Shown: positions 1-9,717 of the stretch, piece after piece
Layout: every line of letters begins with the position of its first letter
How positions within the stretch are numbered: the stretch's first letter is position 1
Source of the DNA: Gammaproteobacteria bacterium UBA2810
Lineage (GTDB): Bacteria > Pseudomonadota > Gammaproteobacteria > Enterobacterales > Succinivibrionaceae
DNA length: 58,431 nucleotides
Assembly (NCBI GenBank): GCA_002351705.1
Contig: DEHC01000009.1
Location: 1 to 58,431, forward strand
Direction: 5' to 3'
The notes under the pieces: model-generated
Seen by the model: the letters and a program-made list of their open reading frames with translations, nothing else
Databases searched by the model: none
What the model was told of the DNA's origin: nothing
Made by a program: the position numbers and the translations under genes

Positions 1-159
1 AAAACATCCGCCTACTCGATTGTCCGGAGGCATGACAGTGCATGGAAAGGGCGTTAATTCAGGGGATCGGGGAGCGCAGTGAAAACTGTCCTCTTTTAAT
101 GATTTTTCCTCTATAATGCTAAGTACAGGCACTGAATTTTTTTCCGGGGAGCGTGTGAC

Positions 160-405
160 ATGCTGGTTATAACAAGGAGGATCGGCGAGAAGATCGTCAT
201 CGGCGGCGGCGTCACCGTCACATTCCTGGGATTCAAGGGCAACCAGGCGAGGATCGGCTTTGACGCCCCGCCCAATGTCTCGGTGCTCCGCGAGGAGGTG
301 TTCAGCAAGGTCAAGGACTCCGAGGAGCCGGGGGACTTTGATCTTGTGCAGGGCGGCGGACTCTCCTCCCATGACTTTGATGACGAGGACGGAGAGAACG
401 ACTGA
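160..405 (+). CDS. csrA: Carbon storage regulator CsrA with an acidic C-terminal extension of roughly 25 aa
   Basis: N-terminal 55 aa (MLVITRRIGEKIVIGGGVTVTFLGFKGNQARIGFDAPPNVSVLREEVF) match the CsrA/RsmA family core. The tail DSEEPGDFDL...DDEDGEND is extra. GGGGAG lies upstream of the ATG. Confidence 0.9.
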   Translation: MLVITRRIGEKIVIGGGVTVTFLGFKGNQARIGFDAPPNVSVLREEVFSKVKDSEEPGDFDLVQGGGLSSHDFDDEDGEND

Positions 406-436
406 CTTCCGCAGGCATTCACTCCGCCATGCCGGC

Positions 437-479
437 ATCCCGGGATTTCTGAAAGAGATTCCGGGATTTTTCTTTTTCA
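437..479 (+). terminator. Imperfect hairpin (cccggga...tcccggga-like) followed by a T-rich run (ttttctttttc) downstream of csrA
   Basis: Inverted repeat at 438-467, then T-run at 468-479. Confidence 0.4.
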
Positions 480-599
480 GGAACTGGGGCGCCTGGCAAC
501 AGGGTGAGACAGAAAGAAAGACAGACAGATTACGGACAAGGCCTGCAGCGCAAGGTGAGTATCCTGGGAACCAGGGAAAGAATCTGGGGAAGAACTGGA

Positions 600-676
600 T
601 GGTGCATCCGGGAGGATTCGAACCTCTGACCAATCGGTTCGTAGCCGAGTACTCTATCCAGCTGAGCTACGGATGC
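600..676 (-). tRNA. tRNA-Arg (anticodon ACG), copy 1
   Basis: The reverse complement reads GCATCCGTAGCTCAGCTGGATAGAGTACTCGGCTACGAACCG...GGTTCGAATCCTCCCGGATGCACCA. It is near-identical to E. coli argV-type tRNA, with an encoded CCA end and anticodon loop CT-ACG-AA. Confidence 0.95.
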
Positions 677-747
677 ACAAATGAAACGCGCCCGCAGGTC
701 GTGTTGAACCGCGGGCGCCTGAAACTGCGGAAAACAAGCTTTTCAGA

Positions 748-824
748 TGGTGCATCCGGGAGGATTCGAACCTCTGACCAATCGGTTCGTAGCCGAGTAC
801 TCTATCCAGCTGAGCTACGGATGC
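748..824 (-). tRNA. tRNA-Arg (anticodon ACG), copy 2, identical to copy 1
   Basis: Exact repeat of the 77-nt tRNA sequence, 148 bp downstream of copy 1. Confidence 0.95.
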
Positions 825-835
825 ATCAATGAAAA

Positions 836-928
836 TGGCGGTGAGAGAGGGATTTGAACCCTCGATACGACTTTTGGTCGTATACTCCCTTAGCAGGGGA
901 GCGCCTTCGGCCTCTCGGCCATCTCACC
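836..928 (-). tRNA. tRNA-Ser (anticodon GCT), long variable arm
   Basis: The reverse complement reads GGTGAGATGGCCGAGAGGCCGAAGGCGCTCCCCTGCTAAGGGAGTATACGACCAAAAGTCGTATCGAGGGTTCAAATCCCTCTCTCACCGCCA. It is type II (93 nt), with anticodon loop CT-GCT-AA and a CCA end. Confidence 0.9.
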
Positions 929-1178
929 ACTTGTTCTCAACGGGGCACATCTTACACGGTGCGGCGGTTTTCGTCAAGCCTTTTTTGCTCATACGCCGCA
1001 AATCGCGCGGAGCCTTGCTCAATGCGACGGAATGTTTCATATAACCACCGCATTCACAGTGCTGACCGACCACCCCTGATGCTATTATCCCTCAGGAGGA
1101 AAGAGTTCCCGCGGCGGTCCGGATCCGCCGTTCCTTATGATAAAATTCAGGGCCTGAGGAGGGAGGTTGCAGGTGGCT

Positions 1179-2597
1179 ATGCCGGACATGGATATCGCTA
1201 GGGGCTTGAAGGAAATCCCGCACTCGTATGAGGCCGAGCAGGCCGTCCTCGGCTCACTGCTCCTCGACAACGAGCTCTGGAGCGACCTCTCCGAAATCCT
1301 CCGCGAGGAGGACTTCTACACCGGACAGCACCGGCTCATCTTCCGCTCCATTGAGGCCCTCCTCTCGAAGGCCGAGGGCAAGGCCGACATCCTCACGCTC
1401 TCGCAGTACCTGAGCGACGCGGGGCTCCTCACCGACGCAGGAGGGCGGCCCTATCTCGCCGAGCTCCTCTCCAAGGCCCGCGGCTCGTCGAGGGCCATCG
1501 CCTATGCCGGCGTCATCAGGGACAAGTCCGTCGCGAGGCAGCTCATCAATGTCGGCGCCGAGATGTCGAAGCTTGCCTACGGGCAGGGCACCAGGGACAT
1601 CCAGAGCATCGTCGGATCCGCCGAGGAGCTCTTCCTCAATGTCGTCGAGCGGGCCGACACGGGAAGCCGCGGGCCGGTCCTTGCGAAGGACGTCGTCAAC
1701 GAGGTCCTCACCACGATGCAGCAGAGGGCGGAGGACTACGCGAACCACCGCCTGAGCGACGTCACCGGAATATCCACGGGCTTTGTGGATCTTGACCGCA
1801 TGACCAAGGGATTCCACGGCGGCGAGCTCATCATCATCGCGGCGAGGCCGGCAATGGGAAAGTCAGCCTTCGGCATGAACATCGTGCAGAACATCGTCCT
1901 CAACGAGGAGTACAGGAAGAAGGACACCGCGGCGCTCGTCTTCTCCCTTGAAATGCCTGCCCGACAGATTGTCACGAGGCTTATCAGCTCCGTCTCGTAT
2001 GTCAGCCAGGACAAGCTTGAGCGTGGTGCCTTCGAGAAAGATGACTACATGAAGGTCATCCACGCCGCGAAGCTCATCAACTCGGTGAACCTCTTCATCG
2101 ATGACGGAAACGATCTGACCCCCTCCGAGCTCCGCGCGAGGGCGAGGAAGCTTGCCCGTGAGCACAAGCTCGGCATTATCCTCATCGACTACCTGCAGCT
2201 CATGAGGGGATCCGGCAAGTACCGTGACAACCGGGCGCTCGAGATAGGCGAAATATCCCGCTCCATGAAGATCCTCGCGAAGGAGATGAACATCCCGGTC
2301 GTCGCGCTCGCGCAGCTCAACCGAGGCGTCGAGGGAAGGACGGACAAGCGGCCGATGAACGCTGACCTCCGAGAGTCCGGAGCCATAGAGCAGGACGCGG
2401 ACGTCATCATGTTCATCTACCGCGAGGAAGTCTACAAGAAGGATGATCCGAACCTCAAGGGCAAGACTGAAATCATCATCGGCAAGCAGAGAAACGGCCC
2501 TATCGGCACGGTCAACCTGATATTCAATCCGGAATGCGCCCGCTTCTCCTCGGTTGACACCAGGGACTACGGACCGGGGCCGGAGACCGGAAGGTAA
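1179..2597 (+). CDS. dnaB: Replicative DNA helicase DnaB
   Basis: Walker A GKSAFGMNIV and the full-length DnaB N-terminal and RecA-like domains are present. GGAGGGAGG lies 12 nt before the ATG at 1179. The ORF track begins at TTG 1167. Confidence 0.95.
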   Translation: MPDMDIARGLKEIPHSYEAEQAVLGSLLLDNELWSDLSEILREEDFYTGQHRLIFRSIEALLSKAEGKADILTLSQYLSDAGLLTDAGGRPYLAELLSKARGSSRAIAYAGVIRDKSVARQLINVGAEMSKLAYGQGTRDIQSIVGSAEELFLNVVERADTGSRGPVLAKDVVNEVLTTMQQRAEDYANHRLSDVTGISTGFVDLDRMTKGFHGGELIIIAARPAMGKSAFGMNIVQNIVLNEEYRKKDTAALVFSLEMPARQIVTRLISSVSYVSQDKLERGAFEKDDYMKVIHAAKLINSVNLFIDDGNDLTPSELRARARKLAREHKLGIILIDYLQLMRGSGKYRDNRALEIGEISRSMKILAKEMNIPVVALAQLNRGVEGRTDKRPMNADLRESGAIEQDADVIMFIYREEVYKKDDPNLKGKTEIIIGKQRNGPIGTVNLIFNPECARFSSVDTRDYGPGPETGR

Positions 2598-2725
2598 AAT
2601 TGCTCTCCGCCGGCTCTCCGTCCGGCCGGCGGATAACTCCTGGGCCGCGTGCGGCCGCCGGGCGGGAACAGGCCATGGGAGCTTTTGCTTTCACGTCCTC
2701 CACAGGAAAATAAGAAGGAAAGAAG

Positions 2726-3799
2726 ATGCAGAAAGTCATCGCTTCGATAGACAGGGAAGCCCTCAGGTACAACTTCAGGGTGATCAAAAGCCATGTGCCC
2801 GGATCGAAGATTATCGCCGTGGTCAAGGCAAACGCCTACGGCCACGGCCTTCTTGAGGTGGCAAAGACCCTGTCCGACGCCGACGCGTATGCCGTCGCGA
2901 GGATCGAGGAGGCGCTCGAGCTCAGGAGCGGCGGCATCGTGAAGCCGATTATCCTCCTCGAGGGGCTCTTCAACCCCGAGGACGTGCAGGTTGTCTCGGC
3001 AAGCAGCCTCGAGACCGCGGTCGGCTCCTGGGAGCAGCTTGAGTGGATTGAGAAGGCGAATCTCCAGAGCCCCGTGAAGGTCTGGATGGCCCTAAATACC
3101 GGCATGCACCGCCTGGGCCTCAACGAGGACGAGGCTGATGAGTTCTACAGCCGCCTGATGAAGTCCTCCAATGTAGTGAAGCCCATCGGCCTCATCTCCC
3201 ACCTGAGCTGCGCGGACGATCTCTCGAGCGACTACACGAAGAAGCAGATTGATGTCTTCAGAAGGTTCGCGTCAGCGCACGAGTGCCACACCGCGCTCGC
3301 GAACTCCGCCGGCATCCTCAGCTGGCCTGAGTCGCATACCGACTACGTGCGTCCCGGCATCATCCTCTACGGCGTCTCTCCCTATGACGGGAAGACCGGA
3401 GAGGATCTCGGGCTCAGGCCGGTCATGACATTGAAGAGCAACCTCATTGCCGTGAGGAAGGTCAGGAAGGGCGACAAGGTCGGCTACGGCGCCACCTGGA
3501 CCGCTCCGCGCGACACCAGGCTCGGCATCGTCGCCATGGGCTACGGCGACGGCTATCCGAGGCAGGCCCCGAACGGCACCCCGGTGCTCATCAACGGCCG
3601 CATCGCGGGAACGGCGGGCCATGTCTGCATGGACATGATGGCAATTGATCTGGGGCCTGACTCTGCTGATAAGGTAGGCGACGAGGTCATCCTCTGGGGG
3701 AAGGGGCTTCCTGTGGAGAAGATCGCGGAGCTCGTCGACACGATTCCCTATGAGCTGGTGCTGAGGCTCACCGACCGGGTAGTGAAGGAGTACGTCTGA
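2726..3799 (+). CDS. alr: Alanine racemase
   Basis: PLP-lysine motif AVVKANAYGHG. Length 357 aa. The dnaB-alr adjacency matches E. coli. Confidence 0.93.
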   Translation: MQKVIASIDREALRYNFRVIKSHVPGSKIIAVVKANAYGHGLLEVAKTLSDADAYAVARIEEALELRSGGIVKPIILLEGLFNPEDVQVVSASSLETAVGSWEQLEWIEKANLQSPVKVWMALNTGMHRLGLNEDEADEFYSRLMKSSNVVKPIGLISHLSCADDLSSDYTKKQIDVFRRFASAHECHTALANSAGILSWPESHTDYVRPGIILYGVSPYDGKTGEDLGLRPVMTLKSNLIAVRKVRKGDKVGYGATWTAPRDTRLGIVAMGYGDGYPRQAPNGTPVLINGRIAGTAGHVCMDMMAIDLGPDSADKVGDEVILWGKGLPVEKIAELVDTIPYELVLRLTDRVVKEYV

Positions 3800-3880
3800 T
3801 CCCTCCTGCCGCGGGACAGCTTTCCCGCGGCAGCCTTTCCGCCGGCGCCTCACAGCCTCACGTCAGGAATGTCCGGGCAT

Positions 3881-3911
3881 AAAAAAACCGGAGGCTGCGC
3901 CTCCGGCTTTC
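3881..3911. terminator. Bidirectional rho-independent terminator between the convergent alr gene and the small exported-protein gene
   Basis: aaaaaaa-ccggaggc-tgcg-cctccgg-cttt: a perfect 8-bp GC stem flanked by an A-run and a T-run. Confidence 0.6.
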
Positions 3912-3939
3912 TGATCATGCAGAGAGATCCGCCGTGACT

Positions 3940-4290
3940 TTACTGGCGGTTGTTCTCAGCCTGATGTGCATCATCATAGTTGGCTGCGTTCTTGATCTGA
4001 TCCTCATCCTCGGTGCTCGGGTCCTTGCGGTCTGCTCCGGGGCCGTTTCCGGTGTAGGAGTCACCGACCATCGCAACCTCCTCATGGAAGTCTCCGGACT
4101 CGGGCTGGTAGCGGCACTTCTGTCCCTGGATACACTTCATGTAGAACCAGGGCTTTGCCTGCCATTTTGCCTTAGGGAACTGGATTATGAAGAAGTTGTC
4201 CTCGGCTCTGTAGACGCTGCCGCTCCACTTGGTGTCGCTGCAGAAAAACAGGCCGCCGATGATGACGATGATGAACAGTATGGCTTTCAC
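3940..4290 (-). CDS. Small exported protein (signal peptide), unknown function
   Basis: MKAILFIIVIIGGLFFCSDT signal-like N-terminus. Host-like GC3 codon usage on the minus strand. GTG start with GGGGGAG SD. The overlapping plus-strand ORF was rejected. Confidence 0.45.
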   Translation of the reverse strand: MKAILFIIVIIGGLFFCSDTKWSGSVYRAEDNFFIIQFPKAKWQAKPWFYMKCIQGQKCRYQPESGDFHEEVAMVGDSYTGNGPGADRKDPSTEDEDQIKNAANYDDAHQAENNRQ

Positions 4291-4515
4291 TGCTTTCTCC
4301 CCCGCTCGTAAAGTTTTGTGCAGTCCGGCCCGCTGCCACGGCGGGTCACGTTGATATTTCCGGCCATTTTAGCATAATGAATAGGCAAGTCTGTCATTAA
4401 TGCGCTGTTTTTTTGCTTTTCTGCATGGTTTTGTGGCATTCTGCGCCCGTGAACGACCATCAGGCGCCCGCCCTTTCTGCTAAAATCCCAGTCTCTTTCC
4501 AAGTGAGGTTCCGAC

Positions 4516-5535
4516 GTGCCTGATTTTCCCTCTTTCCGCTTCTGTACTGCCCCGATGCTCGACTGGACTGACCGCCACTGCCGCCGCTTCTGGAGGATCA
4601 TGACGAAGAAGTCCCTTCTGTACACCGAAATGGTGACAAGCGGTGCGATCATCTACGGGAAGAACGACTACCTCGCCTTTGACGGGGCAGAGCATCCGGT
4701 CGCCGTGCAGCTCGCCGGGTGCGATCCTAAGGATCTCGCTCTCTGCGCGAAAAGGGCGGAGGAGAAGGGCTACGACGAAATAAACCTCAACTGCGGCTGC
4801 CCCTCTGACCGGGTGCAGAACGGCGGGTTCGGGGCGGCGCTGATGCTGAGGCCCGATCTTGTCGCCGACATCTTGAAGGCCATGACCGATGCCGTCTCCG
4901 TCCCCGTTACGGTGAAGTGCCGCATCGGCATCGACAACGAGGACTCCCCGGACTTCCTCCGGAACTTCGTGAGGAAGGTGAGCGCCGCGGGCTGCGGCCG
5001 CTTCATCATCCATGCGCGGAAGGCCTGGCTTGAGGGCCTGAGCCCGAGCGAGAACCGCACCGTACCTCCGCTCATCTACGAGCGTGTCCATATGATAAAG
5101 CGGGAGTTCCCGGATCTTGAGATCGTGATTAACGGCGGGCTCACCGATCTCGGCGCCTGCCTTGGGGAGCTCCGTGAGCTTGACGGGGTGATGGTCGGCA
5201 GGGCGGCGTGGGAGAACCCGGCGATGCTCCTGGACGTTGATGAGAAAATCTTCGGTGCGGAGAGAAACGCGATGAGCCGGGCGGACGTTGTCCGGGAGTA
5301 CCTCAGCTATATCGAGGATGAGCTCTCAAGAGGCGTGAAGCTCACGGCCCTCGTGAAGCCTATGCTCGGCATCTTCCACGCCTGCCCCGGCGGGAAGCTC
5401 TTCCGCAAGGCGGTAAGCGAGGAGGCCTGGAAGAAGGGCGCCGGCGCAGAGGTTGTGGAGAATGCTCTTCTTGAGCAGAAAAAAGCGGAGGAGGCGTTCC
5501 TTGAGTACAGGAGCAGCCTCCCCCGGAGTGAGTGA
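4516..5535 (+). CDS. dusA: tRNA-dihydrouridine(20/20a) synthase DusA
   Basis: APMLDWTDRHCR...LLYTEMVT N-terminal signature and Dus TIM-barrel motifs. GTG start is plausible, since E. coli DusA also has an N-terminal extension. Confidence 0.9.
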   Translation: MPDFPSFRFCTAPMLDWTDRHCRRFWRIMTKKSLLYTEMVTSGAIIYGKNDYLAFDGAEHPVAVQLAGCDPKDLALCAKRAEEKGYDEINLNCGCPSDRVQNGGFGAALMLRPDLVADILKAMTDAVSVPVTVKCRIGIDNEDSPDFLRNFVRKVSAAGCGRFIIHARKAWLEGLSPSENRTVPPLIYERVHMIKREFPDLEIVINGGLTDLGACLGELRELDGVMVGRAAWENPAMLLDVDEKIFGAERNAMSRADVVREYLSYIEDELSRGVKLTALVKPMLGIFHACPGGKLFRKAVSEEAWKKGAGAEVVENALLEQKKAEEAFLEYRSSLPRSE

Positions 5536-5549
5536 CAGTCAGTCAGGAT

Positions 5550-6137
5550 TTATTCCTTGCAGGAAGGAAGGTCCTTGGTCAGGTTCCTGATGAGCTTGCC
5601 TGCGGCCTTCTTCTTCCACTCGTCAAGGGCGAGAGGGCCGGTGGTGAATGCCTGTACGGCTCCGCTCCAGAGAACCGGGCCGGCGCCGGCAGCGCTGCGG
5701 ATTACCATCTGGATGGTTCCCTTCTGCTTCTCGTTGACGCCCGGGGTAAGGCCGATCTCCTTGAAGAGGCCGTCATCAACCGCGTCGCCGGCGCCGGCGG
5801 TGCCGGTCGTCACGATGATGTCTGCCTTGTCCTTCGCGTCAACCTCAACGAAGCCGAGCTCGGTGAGCCTCTCCTTCACTGCGTTCATGATGTAGAGATT
5901 CCACCTGCCGCTGTTCTTCGCAGCCTTGCCTTCCTCCTGGAAGAACTTGAGGTTCGTCGCGCCCCACGAGTCAAGCGTGGTGGAGGTCGAGGTCATCTGC
6001 ATTGCGGGCATGTTCTCATCGCTGATCTGCTGCGCCCCGGCCTCTGCGCCCGAGGAGGCCCCAGTGGGGTCGGACGCGCATCCGGTTGCGAGTGCGCAGG
6101 CAAATGCGAGCGCGATGAGCATATTTCTGGTTTTCAT
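5550..6137 (-). CDS. Putative lipoprotein (possibly DUF4136-like)
   Basis: Signal peptide with lipobox LATGC, then a 170-aa mature domain. The family assignment is uncertain. Confidence 0.6.
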   Translation of the reverse strand: MKTRNMLIALAFACALATGCASDPTGASSGAEAGAQQISDENMPAMQMTSTSTTLDSWGATNLKFFQEEGKAAKNSGRWNLYIMNAVKERLTELGFVEVDAKDKADIIVTTGTAGAGDAVDDGLFKEIGLTPGVNEKQKGTIQMVIRSAAGAGPVLWSGAVQAFTTGPLALDEWKKKAAGKLIRNLTKDLPSCKE

Positions 6138-6216
6138 TTTCTATCCCTGTTACATTACACAGCCTTTCCGGGGGATTTCTCCTCCGGGGAGGGCGGCATG
6201 ATGTCCGCCCCTGAGG

Positions 6217-7887
6217 CTATTTCTTTATTCTCACGTACTTGAGGCGCTTGGGCTTTACCGCGTCCTCACCGTACTTCTGTCTCTTCCAGTTCTCGTACTC
6301 GGTGAAGTTGCCCTCGAAGAAGGTAATCGAGCCGTTGTCCTGGTAGTCAAGAATATGCGTTGCGATTCGGTCGAGGAACCAGCGGTCATGGGAAATCACC
6401 ATGACGCTGCCCGGGAACACGAGGAGCGCGTTCTCGAGGGCTCTCATGGTCTCGACATCGAGATCGTTGGTCGGCTCGTCGAGGAGCAGCAGGTTGCCGC
6501 CGACCTCGAGGACCTTCGCGAGCTGCAGCCTGCCGCGCTCGCCGCCCGAGAGCTGACCGACCCGCTTCTGCTGGTCGGTGCCCTTGAAGTTGAACCTTCC
6601 GAGGTAGGCGCGGCTCGGGATCTCGTAGTTCCCGATCCTGATGATGTCCTGCCCGCCGGAGACTTCCTGGAACACGGTGTTGTCGTTGTTGAGCTTGTCC
6701 CTGAACTGGCTGACGTCAGCGATGACAACCGTGCTGCCGATTGAGATCGTGCCGGAGTCAGGCTGCTCCTTTCCGGTAATCATGCGGAAAAGCGTCGACT
6801 TTCCCGCGCCGTTCGGACCGATGATGCCGACAATGGCACCCTTGGGGACGGTGAAGCTCAGGTTGTCGATTATCACCCTGTCGCCGTAGGTCTTCGTGAG
6901 GTTCTTCACCTCAAGGACCTGGTCGCCGAGACGCGGTCCGGGCGGAATGAAGAGCTCGTTGGTCTCGTTGCGCTTCTGGAACTCCATGCTCTGCAGCTCC
7001 TCGAAGCGCTCGATGCGGGCCTTGGACTTTGCGTGGCGGCCCTTGGGGTTCTGCCTGATCCACTCAAGCTCCTTGTCCATCGACTTCTTGATGGCGGTCT
7101 GCTGGGCGTTCTCGACTGCGAGGCGCTGCTCCTTCTGCTCGAGCCAGCTTGAGTAGTTGCCCTTCCAGGGGATGCCCTCGCCGCGGTCAAGCTCGAGGAT
7201 CCAGCCTGCGGCGTTGTCGAGGAAGTAGCGGTCGTGGGTTACTGCCACAACTGTCCCCTCGTACTCGTGGAGGTAGCGCTCGAGCCAGGCGATTGACTCG
7301 GCATCGAGGTGGTTGGTAGGCTCATCGAGGAGCAGCATGTCAGGCTTCTCGAGGAGCAGGCGGCAGATGGCGACGCGCCTTCTCTCGCCTCCTGAGAGCG
7401 ACTTGATCTGCTGATCCCATGGCGGCAGGCGGAGGGCCTCGGCTGCGATCTCGAGCTGCGTGCCGACATCGCTGCCTCCGGCGGCCTGGATGATGGCCTC
7501 AAGCCTTGCCTGCTCCTTGGCGAGCGCGTCGAAGTCCGCATCCGGCTCGGCGTACCTGTCGTAGATTTTATTAAGGGCGTCCTCAGCCTCATGGAGCTTG
7601 CTGAATGACTCGTCGACGGTCTCGCGGACGGTCTTCTCGGGGTCGAACACCGGCTCCTGCGGCAGATAGCCGATCTTGATGCCCTTCATCGGCTCGGCCT
7701 CGCCCTCGATGTCCTTGTCGACGCCTGCCATAATCTTGAGGAGGGTGGATTTTCCCGCGCCGTTGAGTCCCAGGACGCCGATCTTGGCTCCGGGATAGAA
7801 CGACAGACTGATGTTGCGCAGGATGTGCCGGTTCGGGGGAATGACCTTCCCGACCCGGTTCATGGTGAAAATAAACTGTGCAGCCAT
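6217..7887 (-). CDS. ettA: ABC-F family energy-dependent translational throttle EttA
   Basis: Collinear and highly similar to E. coli EttA: MAAQFIFTMNRVGKVIPPNRHILRNISLSFYPGAKIGVLGLNGAGKST and two ABC cassettes. The true start is the internal ATG at 7887, not the ORF-track start at 8055. Confidence 0.93.
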   Translation of the reverse strand: MAAQFIFTMNRVGKVIPPNRHILRNISLSFYPGAKIGVLGLNGAGKSTLLKIMAGVDKDIEGEAEPMKGIKIGYLPQEPVFDPEKTVRETVDESFSKLHEAEDALNKIYDRYAEPDADFDALAKEQARLEAIIQAAGGSDVGTQLEIAAEALRLPPWDQQIKSLSGGERRRVAICRLLLEKPDMLLLDEPTNHLDAESIAWLERYLHEYEGTVVAVTHDRYFLDNAAGWILELDRGEGIPWKGNYSSWLEQKEQRLAVENAQQTAIKKSMDKELEWIRQNPKGRHAKSKARIERFEELQSMEFQKRNETNELFIPPGPRLGDQVLEVKNLTKTYGDRVIIDNLSFTVPKGAIVGIIGPNGAGKSTLFRMITGKEQPDSGTISIGSTVVIADVSQFRDKLNNDNTVFQEVSGGQDIIRIGNYEIPSRAYLGRFNFKGTDQQKRVGQLSGGERGRLQLAKVLEVGGNLLLLDEPTNDLDVETMRALENALLVFPGSVMVISHDRWFLDRIATHILDYQDNGSITFFEGNFTEYENWKRQKYGEDAVKPKRLKYVRIKK

Positions 7888-8027
7888 TTTTATCTCAGTA
7901 GAATAACTCTGTGTGATTGTACTTGATAGAGTGTTTTTTTGCCACACGTACAGGAAACAGGAACAGCCCCGGAGCGCGCGGAGCCGCGCAGTCCGGGGCT
8001 GCTGAGCCTGACGGGTAGGACGCGCTG

Positions 8028-8549
8028 TCAGATTATGTTCTCGGCATGGAGCCATTCACGGATGGCAGGCTCCGAGTCCTTCACGTCGGCGCCGAGGATG
8101 GAAAGGCCGCTCCTTATTTCGGCGCCGGGGCAGAGCCTCTTCAGATCGTCTATGCTGCTCCCGAGACCGGAGCCCTCGTTCGTGCAGAACGGGAGGATTT
8201 TCTTGCCGCTCAGATCCGTATTCCTGAGGAAGGTCCAGACCGGCATCGGCATGGTGCCCCACCAGCAGGGATAGCCGAGGATGAGGGTGTCATAGTCATC
8301 ATTGTCAGGGTACTCGCGGATCTGCGGCGCAGCCCTGTCCATGAGCTCCTTCTGCGCGGCCTCGGTGCACTCCTTGTATTTCTCCGGGTACTCGTTCATC
8401 GGGACAATCCTGAACACGGGCGCCCCGGTGAGGCGCGCGATGGTGCCGGCGGCGATCTCAGTGTTGCCGTGCTCGAGATTGACGATTTTGCCGCGCATGT
8501 AGTTCTCGCCGGCCCTTGAGAAATAAGCAATCAGAATTATTTTTTTCAT
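8028..8549 (-). CDS. Flavodoxin family protein (Flavodoxin_4-like)
   Basis: MKKIILIAYFSRAGENY FMN-loop N-terminus and a CWWGTMP motif. 173 aa. Confidence 0.75.
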   Translation of the reverse strand: MKKIILIAYFSRAGENYMRGKIVNLEHGNTEIAAGTIARLTGAPVFRIVPMNEYPEKYKECTEAAQKELMDRAAPQIREYPDNDDYDTLILGYPCWWGTMPMPVWTFLRNTDLSGKKILPFCTNEGSGLGSSIDDLKRLCPGAEIRSGLSILGADVKDSEPAIREWLHAENII

Positions 8550-8835
8550 AGCAATCCCCCTGAGCCCCCTCCAGTCTCCAAAGCGATCTCCTGGTCCGGC
8601 TTTCTAATGCGGCATCCTCTCTGCCGGACTTTATGGAGGATGCCTTTCCCGCACTTTCCGGAGAGGGCTTAAGGCCCCGTTTCCGGATACATCGTTAAAG
8701 TTTATTACAGTAAAAACGTTCAGTCTTTGACCAATGCCGGAAAACCTGCCGGATATCTCTGATTAATTGCGGATTTTTTGACGGAGCCGGTAAACTTTGG
8801 CATTTGAGGGTGTCAGGAGGGAAGGAATGCAGGGA

Positions 8836-8864
8836 ACAAAAAAGCCCGCGCACGGGGCGCGGGC
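8836..8864 (-). terminator. Rho-independent terminator of the frd operon
   Basis: Reverse complement reads gcccgcgc-ccgt-gcgcgggc followed by tttttt, immediately downstream of the frdD stop. Confidence 0.65.
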
Positions 8865-8892
8865 TTTGGCTCTGACTCAGTACTGGGTCAGA

Positions 8893-9261
8893 TCAGCTGA
8901 ACATCCTGATGGCGCATGCCACAAGGGCGATCAGGGAAATGATGAATGCCAGGCCGTAGCAGATGAGCTGGTGCGCGAAGTTCACATGGATGGTGAGATC
9001 GTGCATGCCGTGATAGACACGGTGCAGCGCATGCCATACGCATCCCGAGATGGTCAGGAAGCAGATGAACGAGCCGAAGCCGCTGTAGGTGAACCAGGCG
9101 AAGGCTGCGTCGATCGATGACTTTGCGGCATTGATCTGCTCGCCTTCAGGGATCTTGGTGATGAAGAATGACAGGGCGATAAGGACGGGCACGAAAATGG
9201 CCACGAGCATTCCGCCTGCGCCGAAGATGGACCAGAAGATAGGTTCATTTGAACGTTTCAT
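8893..9261 (-). CDS. frdD: Fumarate reductase membrane anchor subunit FrdD
   Basis: KRSNEPIFWSIFGAGGM and LHRVYHGMHDLTIH match E. coli FrdD. Confidence 0.9.
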   Translation of the reverse strand: MKRSNEPIFWSIFGAGGMLVAIFVPVLIALSFFITKIPEGEQINAAKSSIDAAFAWFTYSGFGSFICFLTISGCVWHALHRVYHGMHDLTIHVNFAHQLICYGLAFIISLIALVACAIRMFS

Positions 9262-9277
9262 GTTTCTGTATTCTCCC

Positions 9278-9715
9278 TTAGATGCTCAGCAGGCCGGTTG
9301 CCGCCAGTGCGATTGCCACGAGCGAGGTGATGAAAAGAGCGCCGTAGAGGGCGACCTTTACGAAAGAGCCGGGCATCGGCTCGCCCTTGACCATCAGCCT
9401 CTGGGCCTTCGGCATAAGGTTGAACCAGGTGTAGGTGTGGTAGAGCACGGCAAAGAGTCCGATCACGTTCACAATCTTGACCGGCCAGGAGGCCATGAAG
9501 TTGATCCACTTGATGAGGCAGGAGGTGTCATTGCCGGTTGCGGCGCAGATCATTCCTGCGAGCAGCTCAAGGGCGAAGAGCATCGCAAAGAGCACGCTGC
9601 TCTCGCGGATCATGTACATGGTGTAGAACTTCTTGCGGGTCCACCAGTTGGCCTCTACCGGGCGGTTGAAGGGCTTGCGCTTGGAAGGAGCCTCTTTTTT
9701 GGTAACTTCAAACAT
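9278..9715 (-). CDS. frdC: Fumarate reductase membrane anchor subunit FrdC
   Basis: KRKPFNRPVEANWWTRKKFYTMYMIRE matches the FrdC N-terminus. Confidence 0.9.
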   Translation of the reverse strand: MFEVTKKEAPSKRKPFNRPVEANWWTRKKFYTMYMIRESSVLFAMLFALELLAGMICAATGNDTSCLIKWINFMASWPVKIVNVIGLFAVLYHTYTWFNLMPKAQRLMVKGEPMPGSFVKVALYGALFITSLVAIALAATGLLSI

Positions 9716-9717
9716 GA

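Noticed and set aside
86-118. csrA promoter
   Set aside because: A perfect TATAAT is present at 112-117, but no convincing -35 hexamer at 17±1 bp. Confidence too low to list as a feature.
1254-1817. 187-aa minus-strand ORF inside dnaB (similar long antisense ORFs: 3272-3853, 21160-22464, 33512-34480, 36554-37564, 52814-54571, 55513-57105)
   Set aside because: All lie antisense to strongly supported conserved genes in a high-GC genome, where stop codons are rare. Their translations are Arg/Ala/Gly/Pro-rich low-complexity sequence with no recognisable motifs.
3934-4311. Plus-strand 125-aa hydrophobic ORF overlapping the small exported-protein gene
   Set aside because: The minus-strand frame has a canonical signal peptide, an SD and host-like codon usage. 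The plus-strand frame lacks an RBS and looks like an antisense artefact.
4287-4652. 121-aa minus-strand ORF spanning the dusA start region
   Set aside because: It overlaps the conserved DusA N-terminus on the opposite strand. It has no SD and a basic low-complexity translation.
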